From Scyliorhinus canicula (Eukaryota): a stretch of DNA of 64,000 nucleotides. Shown here one piece after another: positions 43,901-52,605 of the stretch; the stretch's first letter is position 1; every line of letters begins with the position of its first letter. A model generated the notes under the pieces. The model had not been told where the DNA came from, ran no database searches, and worked only from the letters and a program-made list of their open reading frames with translations. Location of the stretch: positions 5,879,196-5,943,195 of the forward strand of contig NC_052158.1 of the NCBI RefSeq assembly GCF_902713615.1, read 5' to 3'. A program made the position numbers and the translations under genes.

Positions 43901-44998
43901 TGGATGTAATGCGACATGAATCCCAGGTCCCGGTTGAGGCCGCACTCATGTATGTGGAACTTAGCTATAAGTTTCTGCTCGGCGGTTCTGTATTGTCGTG
44001 CATCCTGAAGGCCGCCTTGGAGAACGCTTACCCGGAGATCAGAGGCTGAATGCCCTTGACTGCTGAAGTGTTCCCCGACTGGAAGGGAACATTCCTGCCT
44101 GGTGATTATCGCGCGATGAACAGACATCATCCAGTCGGGGAACACTTCAGCAGTCAAGGGGATTCAGCCTCTGATCTCCGGGAGACAATTCACACCTCTT
44201 TAACCTGGGGTTACCCCTCGCTCTCAATCTGTAAAGACTTAATTGCCTGAAAAAACTCGCATTCAAAGTATCATCTGCATCTTCGACTTTGTCTATATAA
44301 ATGTTTCTGGAACCTACCTCACCATTCACCTGAGGAAGGATTAGTGCTCCGAAAGCTAGTGATTGGAAACAAACCTGTTGGACTTTAACCTGGTGTTGTA
44401 AGACTTACTGTGCTCACCCCAGTCCAACGCCGGCATCTCCACATCATGGCTTTTTTATTTATGATGTGGAGGTTATTTATTTATGACAAAGAATTAACAC
44501 GGGCTTTACCTTGTACTTAATGACCGCCTCAGATATCAGCATAAAGTCGTGGAACTTGTGGCCCCGGCCTTCTCTCCCGTCCAGGCACATCACACAGATG
44601 AGTTTCTTGTCGGTGTCGCAGAAGAGTTTCAGCTCTTCCTGGTGATCGCTGCAGTACAGTTTGACGCCCGCCTCCTTCAGTTTGACTGGCAGGTCCGGAG
44701 CCCCCCGGCATTCTACATCGGCAGAGAAGGAGTGATTGCCCTTGTCCGGAGCCAGCCTCAGGTTCCTCACCCTGTCGGCGAGGTTGGCCAGGGCTCGGTT
44801 GACCCTCAGGCTGCTCTCCTTCGACACCTTCTGGCACTCGGCGCACGAGTTCCTCTCGACCTTTAGCCAGTGCATCCTGATGCAGCTCTGGCAGAAGTTG
44901 TGGCCACAGTCCAGGATCACCGGATGCCTGAAGAGCTCCAGGCAGATGGGGCAGTTCAGATATTCAGTCAGACTCTCGGCTTCTTTGTTCGACGACAT
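4380..44998 (-). CDS. TRIM69-like: TRIM E3 ubiquitin ligase (RING, B-box 2, coiled coil, PRY-SPRY), TRIM69-like; six coding exons; last exon frameshifted as assembled
   Basis: Exons 44510-44998, 42550-42642, 42209-42442, 39623-39645, 39414-39520 and 4380-4925 all have GT-AG boundaries and compatible phases (0,0,0,2,1). Motifs [19 protein letters not shown] and [13 protein letters not shown] resemble TRIM69 as I recall it; orthology is not established. Confidence 0.85.
5030..5345 (-). mobile_element. Deu-domain SINE (SacSINE1/AmnSINE1-like)
   Basis: gagtcaaccacattgctgtggg..ggtaaggac..cagatttc..aaggacattag. Confidence 0.8.
6040..6312 (-). mobile_element. Penelope-like 3' tail with a decayed hammerhead, split by a CR1 3' end (about 6103-6240)
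   Basis: Minus strand TTGATAAAGAGTCATCCAGGCTCGGAGCGTCAGC then the same tail as 43530-43632; CR1 tail (tcttatgg)n inside. Confidence 0.6.
6541..6989. other. Assembly gap (449 N)
   Basis: Run of n. Confidence 1.
7729..7949 (+). mobile_element. V-SINE, short A-tailed subfamily
   Basis: Same subfamily as 41958-42180 and 60061-60287. Confidence 0.9.
8259..8874. mobile_element. GC-rich MITE, PIF/Harbinger-like
   Basis: TIR GGGCGAGATTCTCCG / CGGAGAATCGCGCCC; 3-bp TSD TAT. Confidence 0.85.
8899..10071. mobile_element. GC-rich MITE, PIF/Harbinger-like, carrying the G-rich repeat
   Basis: TIR GGGCGAAATTCTCC / GGTGAATTTCGCCC (13 of 14); 3-bp TSD CTC. Confidence 0.85.
9215..9848 (+). repeat. G-rich degenerate tandem repeat inside a MITE
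   Basis: Five anchors TAC(TTT/ATC)GAGTGC near 9225, 9290, 9447, 9500 and 9684, each followed by variable G/T tracts. Confidence 0.85.
10975..11200 (+). mobile_element. Unassigned interspersed repeat (second copy about 53770-53890)
   Basis: Both contain ctgcaaa.tcc..caat.g.tggcggtatgagtg.gagag..ccccct..agctataa. Confidence 0.5.
11284..11616 (-). mobile_element. V-SINE, full length, CR1-like tail
   Basis: Near-identical to 36953-37268 and 58773-59118. A further SINE tail fragment follows at 11619-11728. Confidence 0.93.
12125..12470 (+). mobile_element. V-SINE inserted in CR1
   Basis: Full head, V-domain and tail. Confidence 0.92.
12768..13340 (+). mobile_element. Solo LTR of the same family inserted into CR1 ORF2
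   Basis: TGTCATGT...CCTAACA; shares ctttaagaaatg start and ctaaaccctggcc end with 1362-1942; TSD degenerate. Confidence 0.82.
13729..23558. repeat. Satellite array, 26-bp unit GGCAGTGGGATTCTCCGTCCGTTCCC, about 378 copies
   Basis: Directly visible; the ORF translations repeat every 26 aa (3 x 26 nt). Confidence 0.98.
23543..23657. mobile_element. Short MITE remnant continuous with the end of the 26-bp array
   Basis: Last satellite unit GGCAGTGGGATTCTCCG is an inverted match to CGGAGAATCCATGCCC (23642-23657). Confidence 0.6.
23825..24344 (-). mobile_element. GC-rich MITE, same family, reverse orientation
   Basis: GGGCTGGA..AATTC / GGAATTCCAGCCC ends; atgctccgccccc blocks. Confidence 0.65.
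24385..24755 (-). mobile_element. Deu-domain SINE
   Basis: Same Deu core plus tRNA-like head. Confidence 0.82.
24819..34497. repeat. Satellite array, 34-bp unit GTAATGACAGGCAGGGTGACTGTATCCAGCCAGT, about 284 copies
   Basis: Directly visible; very homogeneous, main variant ctgtat/ctctat. Confidence 0.98.
34800..35030 (-). mobile_element. tRNA-head SINE of a third, unassigned family (second copy 45998-46220, plus strand)
   Basis: Two copies share ttagctcacttggct..ggttcaattcc..cctgagg..ggtgatcctcaggttaaa..cagctctcccc. Confidence 0.7.
35225..36492 (-). mobile_element. Rex1/Babar-like LINE 3' portion
   Basis: ORF 35956-36507: [50 protein letters not shown]; tail AATAAA plus (ccaat)n at about 35225-35250. 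Confidence 0.85.
35390..35885 (-). mobile_element. CR1 3' end nested in a Rex1/Babar 3' UTR
   Basis: [37 protein letters not shown]; tail ..gttctatgtt. Confidence 0.9.
36500..37720 (-). mobile_element. Several CR1 ORF2 and 3' fragments, one split by a V-SINE
   Basis: [20 protein letters not shown]; [18 protein letters not shown]; CR1-type 3' sequence 37400-37720. Confidence 0.75.
36953..37268 (+). mobile_element. V-SINE, full length
   Basis: Head, V-domain, tail ctgttctatgttct. Confidence 0.93.
38394..38866. mobile_element. Non-autonomous hAT element (473 bp)
   Basis: Exact 8-bp TSD TTCTAGAA (38386-38393 and 38867-38874); diverged TIR CAATGGCGGACGAC / GTTACCCACCGCTG; subterminal GTGCGGCCCAC repeats. 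Confidence 0.82.
39011..39348 (+). mobile_element. Deu-domain SINE
   Basis: Head ggttcgaatccc, Deu core ggaaggaaatctgcc, A tail. Confidence 0.8.
39414..39520 (-). CDS. TRIM69-like: TRIM coding exon 5 (107 nt, pre-PRY linker)
   Basis: attatcag|TGAAGAG...TGCCCAG|gtaaga; [35 protein letters not shown]; phase 2 to 1. Confidence 0.88.
39623..39645 (-). CDS. TRIM69-like: TRIM coding exon 4 (23-nt micro-exon)
   Basis: ttttacctttag|GAAGAAGCTTGTGGACAAAAGAG|gtaata; 23 nt, phase 0 to 2, as typical for this TRIM class. Confidence 0.85.
40243..40400 (-). mobile_element. Rex1/Babar-like 3' tail with (atcaa)n microsatellite
   Basis: Similar to 35225-35390. Confidence 0.65.
41150..41400 (-). mobile_element. 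Deu-domain SINE, diverged; further fragments at about 2760-3180, 43090-43275, 51865-51920 and 61215-61310
   Basis: Partial Deu core matches. Confidence 0.6.
41521..41829 (-). mobile_element. V-SINE with alternative tail (..gtgacaataat..tattat)
   Basis: V-domain plus the tail also seen at 11619-11728. Confidence 0.88.
41958..42180 (+). mobile_element. V-SINE, short A-tailed subfamily
   Basis: Ends 29 bp from the exon 3 donor. Confidence 0.88.
42209..42442 (-). CDS. TRIM69-like: TRIM coding exon 3 (234 nt, coiled coil)
   Basis: Polypyrimidine tract, cacag|CAGAAG...TTGGAG|gtacaa; [21 protein letters not shown]...ELINFLE. Confidence 0.9.
42550..42642 (-). CDS. TRIM69-like: TRIM coding exon 2 (93 nt, coiled coil)
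   Basis: ccctag|GATAGA...ATCGGG|gtaagt; [31 protein letters not shown], close to the usual 96-nt TRIM exon. Confidence 0.9.
42818..43017. mobile_element. Short MITE containing a satellite-like motif
   Basis: Ends CCGGAGAATTCCAGCCC; internal GGCTGTGGGATTCTACCATCCC at 42874-42895. Confidence 0.62.
43530..43632 (+). mobile_element. 3' tail of a second Penelope-like family with a broken hammerhead
   Basis: CTGAGGAAGAGTCACATTG-GAAACGTTA (3' strand of stem II missing), followed by a pyrimidine-rich tail. Confidence 0.6.
43680..43723 (-). ncRNA. Minimal hammerhead ribozyme motif with U4-to-C core change, on the TRIM sense strand
   Basis: Minus strand CCATTCAC-CCGAGGA-A-GGAG-CTGCG-TTCC-GAAAGCTA-GTG. 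Confidence 0.65.
44322..44366 (+). ncRNA. Minimal type I hammerhead ribozyme motif (Penelope-associated)
   Basis: Stem I CCATTCAC/GTGATTGG (7 of 8 pairs), core CTGAGGA, extra A, stem II GGA..TCC, GAAA, palindromic AGCT, cleavage triplet CUA. Confidence 0.75.
44510..44998 (-). CDS. TRIM69-like: TRIM coding exon 1: C3HC4 RING plus B-box 2 (163 codons)
   Basis: [21 protein letters not shown]; CSDH..C..CVMC..H..H B-box; donor TACAAG|GTAAAG at 44510/44509. Confidence 0.95.
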
Positions 44999-45320
44999 CT
45001 TGCTGCTTCCCTGACAGAAGTAGCTCTGACTTTACCCCCCCCCCCCTCCCCCCCACCCCACCCCACCTCCCTGGAGTTTATACAAATGAACCTTCTGTTT
45101 TCGATGCAGCAGGAGAAAGGACGGTACTTACTGTGCAAAACTAGGCAGATAGCCTGGGAAGAATGTTACCAACTTTGGTTAGAAATATTCCTCCCGTCTC
45201 CAATCGTTCCACCCCCAAATTCCTGTCACTGGTTGCTGGACATGCAATGATGCCCCCCAGTGGTCAGTATTGAAGCTACAGCTGTTTGACAGAGATTCGC
45301 ACACATTGCTCGCACGTGTT

Positions 45321-45992
45321 GAGCGGGATTCTCCGACCCCCTCACCGGGTCGGAGAATCGCCGGGTGGGGGCGGCGTGAATCCCGCCCCCGCCGTCCGCC
45401 GAATTTTCCGGCGCAGGGGTTTTGGCGGGGGCAGGAATAGCGCCGTGCCGGTCGGGGGCCGTTGGCAGTGGGCCCCCCCCCCCCGCGATTCTCCGGCCCG
45501 CAATGGGCCGAGTGGCCGTCCGTTTTCAGCCGGTCCCGCCAGCACAAATCACAACACGTCCTTACCGGTAGGACCTGGCTCCAAGGGCGGCCAGCAGAGT
45601 CCTCGGGAGGGGGGGGGGGGGGGGGGGGGGTCCGGCCCTGGGGGGGGGGCCCAAAGCGGCTTGTCCGATCCACGGGCGGGCCTGTGGCGTGGGGGCACAC
45701 TTTCCCTCCGCACCAGCCGCTGTCAACCTCCGCCATGGACGGTGCGGAAAAGAACCCCCCTGCGCGTGCGCTGGGTTGATGCCAGCACACGCTGGCGCTC
45801 CCGCTCATGCACCAACTCGGGCCGGCCGGCGAGGGCTTTCGGCGCCGGTTGGCGTCGCGCAGGACACTCTGACGCCAGCCAAGCCCCTGAAGGTGCCCCA
45901 CACCTTTGGGGAGGCCCGACGCCGGATTGGTTCACACCACTCCTCGACGCCGGAGTGGCCCACCCCCCCCTGGTTCACGGAGAATCCCGCCC
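45321..45992. mobile_element. GC-rich MITE, PIF/Harbinger-like
   Basis: TIR GAGCGGGATTCTCCG / CGGAGAATCCCGCCC (14 of 15); 3-bp TSD GTT. Confidence 0.88.
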
Positions 45993-46334
45993 GTTATTTT
46001 AGCTCACTTGGCTGGACAGCTGGTTCTGATGCTGAGGGAGGCCAGCAGAGCGGGTTCAATTCCCGTACCGGCTGAGGCTATTCATGAAATTGCCCCCCCC
46101 CCCCTTCTCAACCTCGCCTGAGGTGTGGTGATCCTCAGGTTAAAACACCACCGGTCAGCTCTCCCCCTCACAGGGGAAAGCAGCCTCTGGTCATCTGGAG
46201 CTACGGCGACTTTACCTTTCACCTATATATATATAATACATACAAATAATCTGGAATTGTGTGTAGAAGGCAAAATTCCAAATTGTACAGGTTACCCTAA
46301 ACTGAAAGGTGTACAGTTTTAAAGTTGGTTTAGT

Positions 46335-46530
46335 GGGGAGACATGGTGGCACAGTGGTTAGCACTGCTGCCTCACAGCGCCAGGAACCCGGGTTCAATTC
46401 TGTCCTCGGGCCTTGTGTGGAGTTTGTACTTTCTCCCCGTTTCTCCCGGGGTTTCCTCCGGGTGCTCCGGTTTCCTCCCGCAGTCCAAAGATGTGCAGAG
46501 TTAGGTGAGGTGAGTTTAGGTGGATTGGCC
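46335..46530 (+). mobile_element. V-SINE, truncated
   Basis: Head and V-domain. Confidence 0.85.
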
Positions 46531-47184
46531 GTTTCTGAAATGTGTGATGCTGAGGAGTGGGCACAATACTCCCAAGCTGAGGCCTCAGTTCCTCAAAGTG
46601 CCGAGGACGTTTGTCACAGAATTTCCACAGCGAGGCTTTTAAGGTGGAGTTACTGTTGTGTTCCAGCTGCCACACAGTGCTGGTTGAGTCTGCCGTGGGC
46701 GTTATCAGAAGGATTTATCGGTTGACAATCATCCTGCTGGTCACGCCCCACACAACCTTCAATGAGCAACACGGAGGTGGTACTCAAATCTGGAACTTGT
46801 GGGTTGACGATTGGGAACATGACCACTGCACCACAAGACATCCTCCCGCTTTAATAAGAAAGCTTTGCAAATGTTTTGTACGCCATTCTGCCCATCGTAT
46901 CTGCCCCGACCCTTCGAAAGAGCACCCTACCTCTGCTCACTCCCTCACCCTGCATCGCCACTTAACCGAGACCAAGCTTGAAGAAGAGTTTTATTGGAAC
47001 ATGGTTCCGGCAATGGACAACTTCATTTCTGGAAAGACTGGAGGAGCTGTGGTGGTTCTCCTTAATGTAGAGGAGGGTGAGAAGATATTTGAGGGAGATG
47101 TTCGAAGTCATGATTGGTTTTGACATAGTCACTGGGGAGGCGGTGGTGTTGTGGTATTGTCATGGGACTCGCAATCCGAGGGGG

Positions 47185-47745
47185 GGGGGTGAGGAGCGGC
47201 GTCGCGTAAATGACGCGGCCAGCGTCACGTAAATGAAGTCACCCGCCCATGCGCAGGTTGGCCGGCGCCAACCCCGCATGCACGGTTGCCGTCCTTACCG
47301 AGGCCGTCCCGCAAGAAGATGGCGGATGGATCGTGCGGGGCGGTGGAGGAAAGGAGATCCTCCTTTAGAGAGGTCGGCCCGCCGGTCGGTGGGCCCCGAT
47401 CGCGGGCCAGACCCCATCGGAGGCCCCCCCTGGTGCAGGAACCCCCCTCCCCACAGGCCGTCCCCCCCCCCCCCCCCAGTGTTTCCGCGCAGTTCCTGCT
47501 GGCAGCGACCAGGTGTGGACGGCGCCGGTGGGAACCTGTCGTGATGGGGCAGCCGCTCGGCCCATCCGGGCCAGAGAATCTCCGAGCGGCCAGCCGTGAT
47601 TCTCACCGCGCTGGTTTGGAGAGGTGGAGGGGGGGGGGGGGGGGGGGAATTACGTGCGGGTGCCGGGGGGGGGGGGGGGGTGGGACTCGCGCAGCACCCC
47701 AGCGATTCTCCCACCCGGCTTGGGGGGAGAGACTTCCGTCCGTGA
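47185..47745. mobile_element. GC-rich MITE fragment lying within a Deu-type SINE (head about 47135, tail to about 47835)
   Basis: Reverse-complement similarity to 52606-52986; SINE head and tail on either side. Confidence 0.6.
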
Positions 47746-48906
47746 TTCCAGGCCCACAGCGATGTGGTTGCCTCTTATCTGCCCCCTCATGGGCAATAAT
47801 GCGACACCCACATCCCACAAACAAATTTTTTAAAAACTGAGGAACCAGGTTATGATGAGGAAGGATTTTACACAGGCGGAACGGACTGAACTATCTGACA
47901 TGATGGTGGAAGCAGGTTCAAAGGTAATATTCAAAAGGGAATTTGATAAATGCCTGGAGGGAATATTGGGAAATGGCCCAAACTGAGATCTCCCTCTAGC
48001 CGTCCCACCAATCCAGGAGGGTCCTCATCACGAAGCTGTGCCAAGAGCTGAGATTCCCCCTCCCTTCACCTCCAGGGGTGGGTGCCCCAGCGGCACGGCC
48101 AGCAAGCAAAGCAAATGGTGGCGGCAGCAAACCATCAGGCCAGTGGCCAATGGCGAACCGCCTCCTCAGCTGGAACACCCAGCACAGGAGTGGGGTGCTG
48201 GGAAACCCCATCCAGAGCCTTTTAATGTGGGGGTGCTGTTACTTTGCATCCACCGCACAGTTCTGACTGACCAGAGATGTGGCAAGGAGAGTAGGAGGGG
48301 GCCGAGAGAAATTTGATAGCTCTCTCAAAACACTGGCAAGAGGGTGGATGGGCTGAATGGTCTCCTTCTGTGCCATGGGTGGTATTTTTGCACTCAGGGT
48401 GGATGGGCTGCTGTTTGGGGCATGCAGCTCTCCAGCTGAGCTTTCTCTTCAGGTATTCTGGAGCACTCTGTACAGGAAATATTTAGAGGCTTGGCCCAAG
48501 CTGGGCGAGGCCTGATAGAGCCGCCAATGCCGGATCCACTGAGATTGGGAACCCCGCTCTGCACTGAAAAGGATACTCCCTCCACCTATACGGGGAACCA
48601 CTACTTCGACAAGCACCGGGACATGCCCACCCACACATAAGGGATCCAATGGGATCTCGCCGAACATTCTGCGACCTATCCATTCTGATGTTCCATTGGA
48701 ATGCTAATGGCATTTGGAAAATGAAACCATGGATGATTTTTAAATATCAATAAAACTGTTCTCTTCTCCCAGTCACCAGTACATTTTGAAGTGGTTTGCA
48801 AACATGTTCGACGAGCTCATTTTGGATGATCTGGAGATCAGTCTGTAATTCCCCGAATATCGAAGAACCCTTGGCCAGGAAATCAATATGGTTACTTGTG
48901 AGCTGT

Positions 48907-49230
48907 GGGCAGCAGGGTAGCACAGTGGCTAGCACTGTAGCTTCACAGCGCCAGGGTCCCAGGTTCGATTCCCCGCTGGGTCACTGTCTGTGCGGAGTCT
49001 GCACGTTCTCCCCGTGTGTGCGTGGGTTTCCTCCGGGTGCTCCGGTTTCCTCCCGCAGTCCAAAGATGTGCAGGTTGAGTGGATTGGTCATGCTAAATTG
49101 CCCGTAGTGTCCTAAAAGGTTAGGAGGGGTTATTGGGTTACGGGGATAGGGTGGAAGTGAGGGCTTAATGGGGCGATGCAGACTCGATGGGCCGAACGGC
49201 CTCCTTCTGTACTGTATGTTCTGCGTTCTA
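48907..49230 (+). mobile_element. V-SINE, full length
   Basis: Head, V-domain, tail. Confidence 0.92.
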
Positions 49231-49812
49231 TTCTCTACAGCCCTCCTCCACCTCAATCTCCAGCTCGTGGTTTGAAGCAATCTGGTCAAAAGTGATCTGC
49301 CTTCCCTTAATTTGACGGGTAACCCCGGTGTTGACTCTTGAAGGTATTAAACCTAAAAGGCAATCGGAAAGTGTAAGTGTGGCCTGAAGATAAATGTTCA
49401 AATCCAGGATTAGGATCAGCAGAATTGAAAGAACAGCCCAACAGGAACATGAGAGAATTGGATTGGTTTACGCCACACAGCAGGTTGGAGATGGTGTAGT
49501 GTAGAGCCAAGTCACGCCCCCTCATGGGGCTGGGGTTCCTGTGTTGTGGGAAGGTGAGGGAGTCGGAATGGAACACAGATTGTCCGCGCTCTCCTGCTGA
49601 TGATTCGGATCCTTGAATTAAATGCCAGACGGCCGATGAGCAGCTGTCTGGTTGGAAGGTGCTCAATTCGCGGTGCAAAGCCAGGAGAAGGGACTCAGGA
49701 CCCAATCAGGAGAGGCCGGGATGTCACATGTCAGAGGGGGGGGTCATGCTGTGAACAGGAAGTTGGTCACATGACCTCCTCTCCACTCCACCCACCCAAC
49801 CAGCCGCTCTCG

Positions 49813-50131
49813 GAATCAATCATAGAACCCCGATAGAGCAGAAGGAGGCCATTCGGCCCATCGAGTCTGCACCAACCCTCCAGAAGAGCACCCCATCCAG
49901 CCCACTTCCCCATACAAGTCACATAACCTAACCTGCACATTTTTGGACATTAAGGGGCTATTCAGCATGGTCAATCCACCTAACTTTGGACTGTGAGAGG
50001 AAACTAGAGTACCTGGAGGAAATCCACGCAGACACGGGGAGAACGTGCAGACTCCACACAGTCACCCGAGGCTAGAATTTAACCCAAGTCTCTGGCGCGG
50101 TGAGGCAGTAGTGCTAACCAGCATGCCACCC
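49813..50131 (-). mobile_element. V-SINE, diverged
   Basis: Reverse-complement V-domain and tail. Confidence 0.85.
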
Positions 50132-50249
50132 TTTCTAATTCTTATTGAGGGTTAGAAAAAGTGAATACATTATTTGAAATAGCATCCAGACACCATACAT
50201 TGCCCCAGAAAACTGCCACATTCAGCCGTGATCCTGGTGACAGGCCTTT

Positions 50250-50775
50250 TAGAACATAGAACAGTACAGCACAGTACAGGCCCTTCGGCCCACAATGCTG
50301 TGCCGACCATTTATCCTAATCTAAGATCAACCTAACCTACACCCCTTCAATAACCTGTCTCAGAGTTGCTTAAATGTCCCTAATGACTCTGACTCCAGCA
50401 TCTCTGCTGGCAGTGCATTCCACACACCCACCACTCTCTGTGTAAAGAACCTACCTCTGACATCTCCCCTATACCTTCCTCCAATCACCTTAAAATTATG
50501 TCCCCTCGTGACAGCCATTTCCACCCTGGGGAAAATCTCTAGCTATCCACTCTATCCATGCCTCTCATCACCTTGTACACCTCTATCAAGTCACCTCTCT
50601 GCCTTCTTCGCTCCATTGAGAAAAGCCCTAGCTCCCTCAACCTTTCTTCATAAGACATGCCGCCCAGGCCAGGCAGCATCCTGGTAAATCTCCTCTGCAC
50701 CCTCTCCAAAGCATCCACATCCTTCCTATCATGAGGCGACCAGAACGGGACACAGTATTCCAAGTGTGGTCTCTT
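50250..50775 (-). mobile_element. CR1 3' end
   Basis: [31 protein letters not shown]; tail gttctatgttct. Confidence 0.9.
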
Positions 50776-50789
50776 TCACCTTGTTCTAC

Positions 50790-51410
50790 CTCTTCGCCCA
50801 GGGATAAGGGAGAAACTGCCAGAGAAGTTCATGATTCAGCTCAATTCATAACCATCAAGGCAAAAAATGTTTCAGAGGTCGACAGTTGTTGAGAACGGAG
50901 GAAACACGGACAGCAATTCCTCAATTATATTTGGAACGGGAAAGTTACCAATCCTCAAAGTGGGGGATCAACAGAGTGACCAGAAATAAAAGGAGAGAAC
51001 TTCAGGGTCGAATTACATCTTTTCTTCATCCAGCTGAAGCTTTTACTTTGATAGAACAAAGAATGCACTGAAAAATGGTCTGGACATCACCGATTGACGA
51101 TAACGCCTGGGAGACACCCGCTCAGAAGAGACCTACTTGGAGGAACCTCCTGATTCAATCTTCGAACACAATTCTTGGAGGACACCCGGCGGAAGGAGAA
51201 GGCCTGAAAAAGGAGCCTGAGACAGGAACCCCAATGATCGAGTGTCCAAGGACCGATCCCACCTCCCGGAAACACCCGCCAAGTGTGGGGTCAGAGATAC
51301 GGCTCGAGGATCGGACTCAACAGCCACGCAAGGACCCACGGAGTTTCGTAGGAGGACAATCCTACTCATTAGCGAGTGATCGCCAAAGAAGAAGGGGTTT
51401 GATGAAATAT
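50790..51410 (+). mobile_element. RTE-clade LINE 3' end, decayed
   Basis: AWETPAQKRPTWRNLL and YGSRIGLNSHARTH peptides in different frames. Confidence 0.65.
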
Positions 51411-52094
51411 CCTGGGAGTATTTCGACAGTGAGGTCATAGAATTCTTTCAAATCAGAACTATTTAATAACTACATGCTGTAAATGGATTTGTCAGTCAAC
51501 GTTATGCTGGGATTGTCAATCCATTGATTGTATTTTATGCTGAGTTGTACAATCTCCAATAGGTCAAGGCCAACTTGAGGCTGATATTCACCCACGTGAC
51601 CTTGAGGTTTGAAAGTATTGGTTGGACTACATTGTGACACTATTATCTCCCTGGAGCATTGTAACCATTAATTGTTATTCCACGTATTGGGTGCTGCTGA
51701 GTTTGACAACAATCTGGAAGTGTCCCCAAGGTAACCTTTGACCTTCTCAATGGAGTGGAACATCTGCTGGTGAATCAGCAGCTCGTTTAACTCATTCGCA
51801 TTTCAATTGACTTCAGTTGAAGTAATATTGTCCCAGCCCCCTGTCATCCAATGTTGGGGGGGGGTCACTGACTAGACCAGCATTTATTGTCCATCCCTAA
51901 TTGCCCCTTGACAAGGTGGTGCTGATAAATGTTGTCGGAACATCTCTCTGCTCCTTAATTAATGCGGCCCAGGTGTCCATCTCCGGCAATGTGGTCTGCA
52001 CGTAACCTCTCACCGAATAGCGTAATGGTGGGAACTTGGGCCGCCCGGGAGTCTGGCTCAATCTGGGCTGCGGACAATACATCGGTGCATATCA

Positions 52095-52430
52095 CAGAAT
52101 TTACGGTGCAGAAGGAGGCCATTCGGCCCATCGAGTCTGCACCGGCCCTTACAAAGAGCACCCTACTCAAGCTCACTTCTCTACCCTATGCCTGCAACCC
52201 AGTGATCCCCACTTAACCTTTTTGGACACAAAGGGCAATTTAGCATGGCCAATCCACCTAACCCGCACATCTTTGGACTGTGGGAGGAAACCGGAGCACC
52301 CGGAGGAAACCCACGCAGACACGGGAAGAACGTGCAGACTCCGCACAGACAGTGACCCAAGCCGGGAATCGAACCTGGGACCCTAGAGCTGTGAAGCATC
52401 TGTGCTAACCACCGTGCTACCGTGCTGCCC
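52095..52430 (-). mobile_element. V-SINE, full length
   Basis: Reverse-complement head, V-domain, tail. Confidence 0.92.
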
Positions 52431-52605
52431 ACATATCAATAGGATGCGATGATTCCCTGATGGGCAATTGACAGGGCAGGTCCGGACATGCCCAGGCAGC
52501 CTGTCTGAGTTTATACATTCAAACTTGGCCACGTCCAAATTCCCAGCAAGCCATTTGCTGGAGCAGACTGTAGTTTAATTTAAAGGGTCCAATTCTTTGA
52601 TTTAG

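Larger units (their letters stand above)
43634..44446. mobile_element. Penelope-like element, two 3' ends in inverted orientation
   Basis: GIY-YIG C-terminal peptide [44 protein letters not shown] on minus; 43634-43850 is the reverse complement of about 44180-44406, and 44030-44081 of about 44130-44182. Confidence 0.9.

Noticed and set aside
45179-47840. Long Gly/Pro/Arg-rich ORFs (also 8360-9030, 55622-58600 and 62748-63620)
   Set aside because: They overlap on both strands inside GC-rich MITEs, where stops are rare; no domains recognised.
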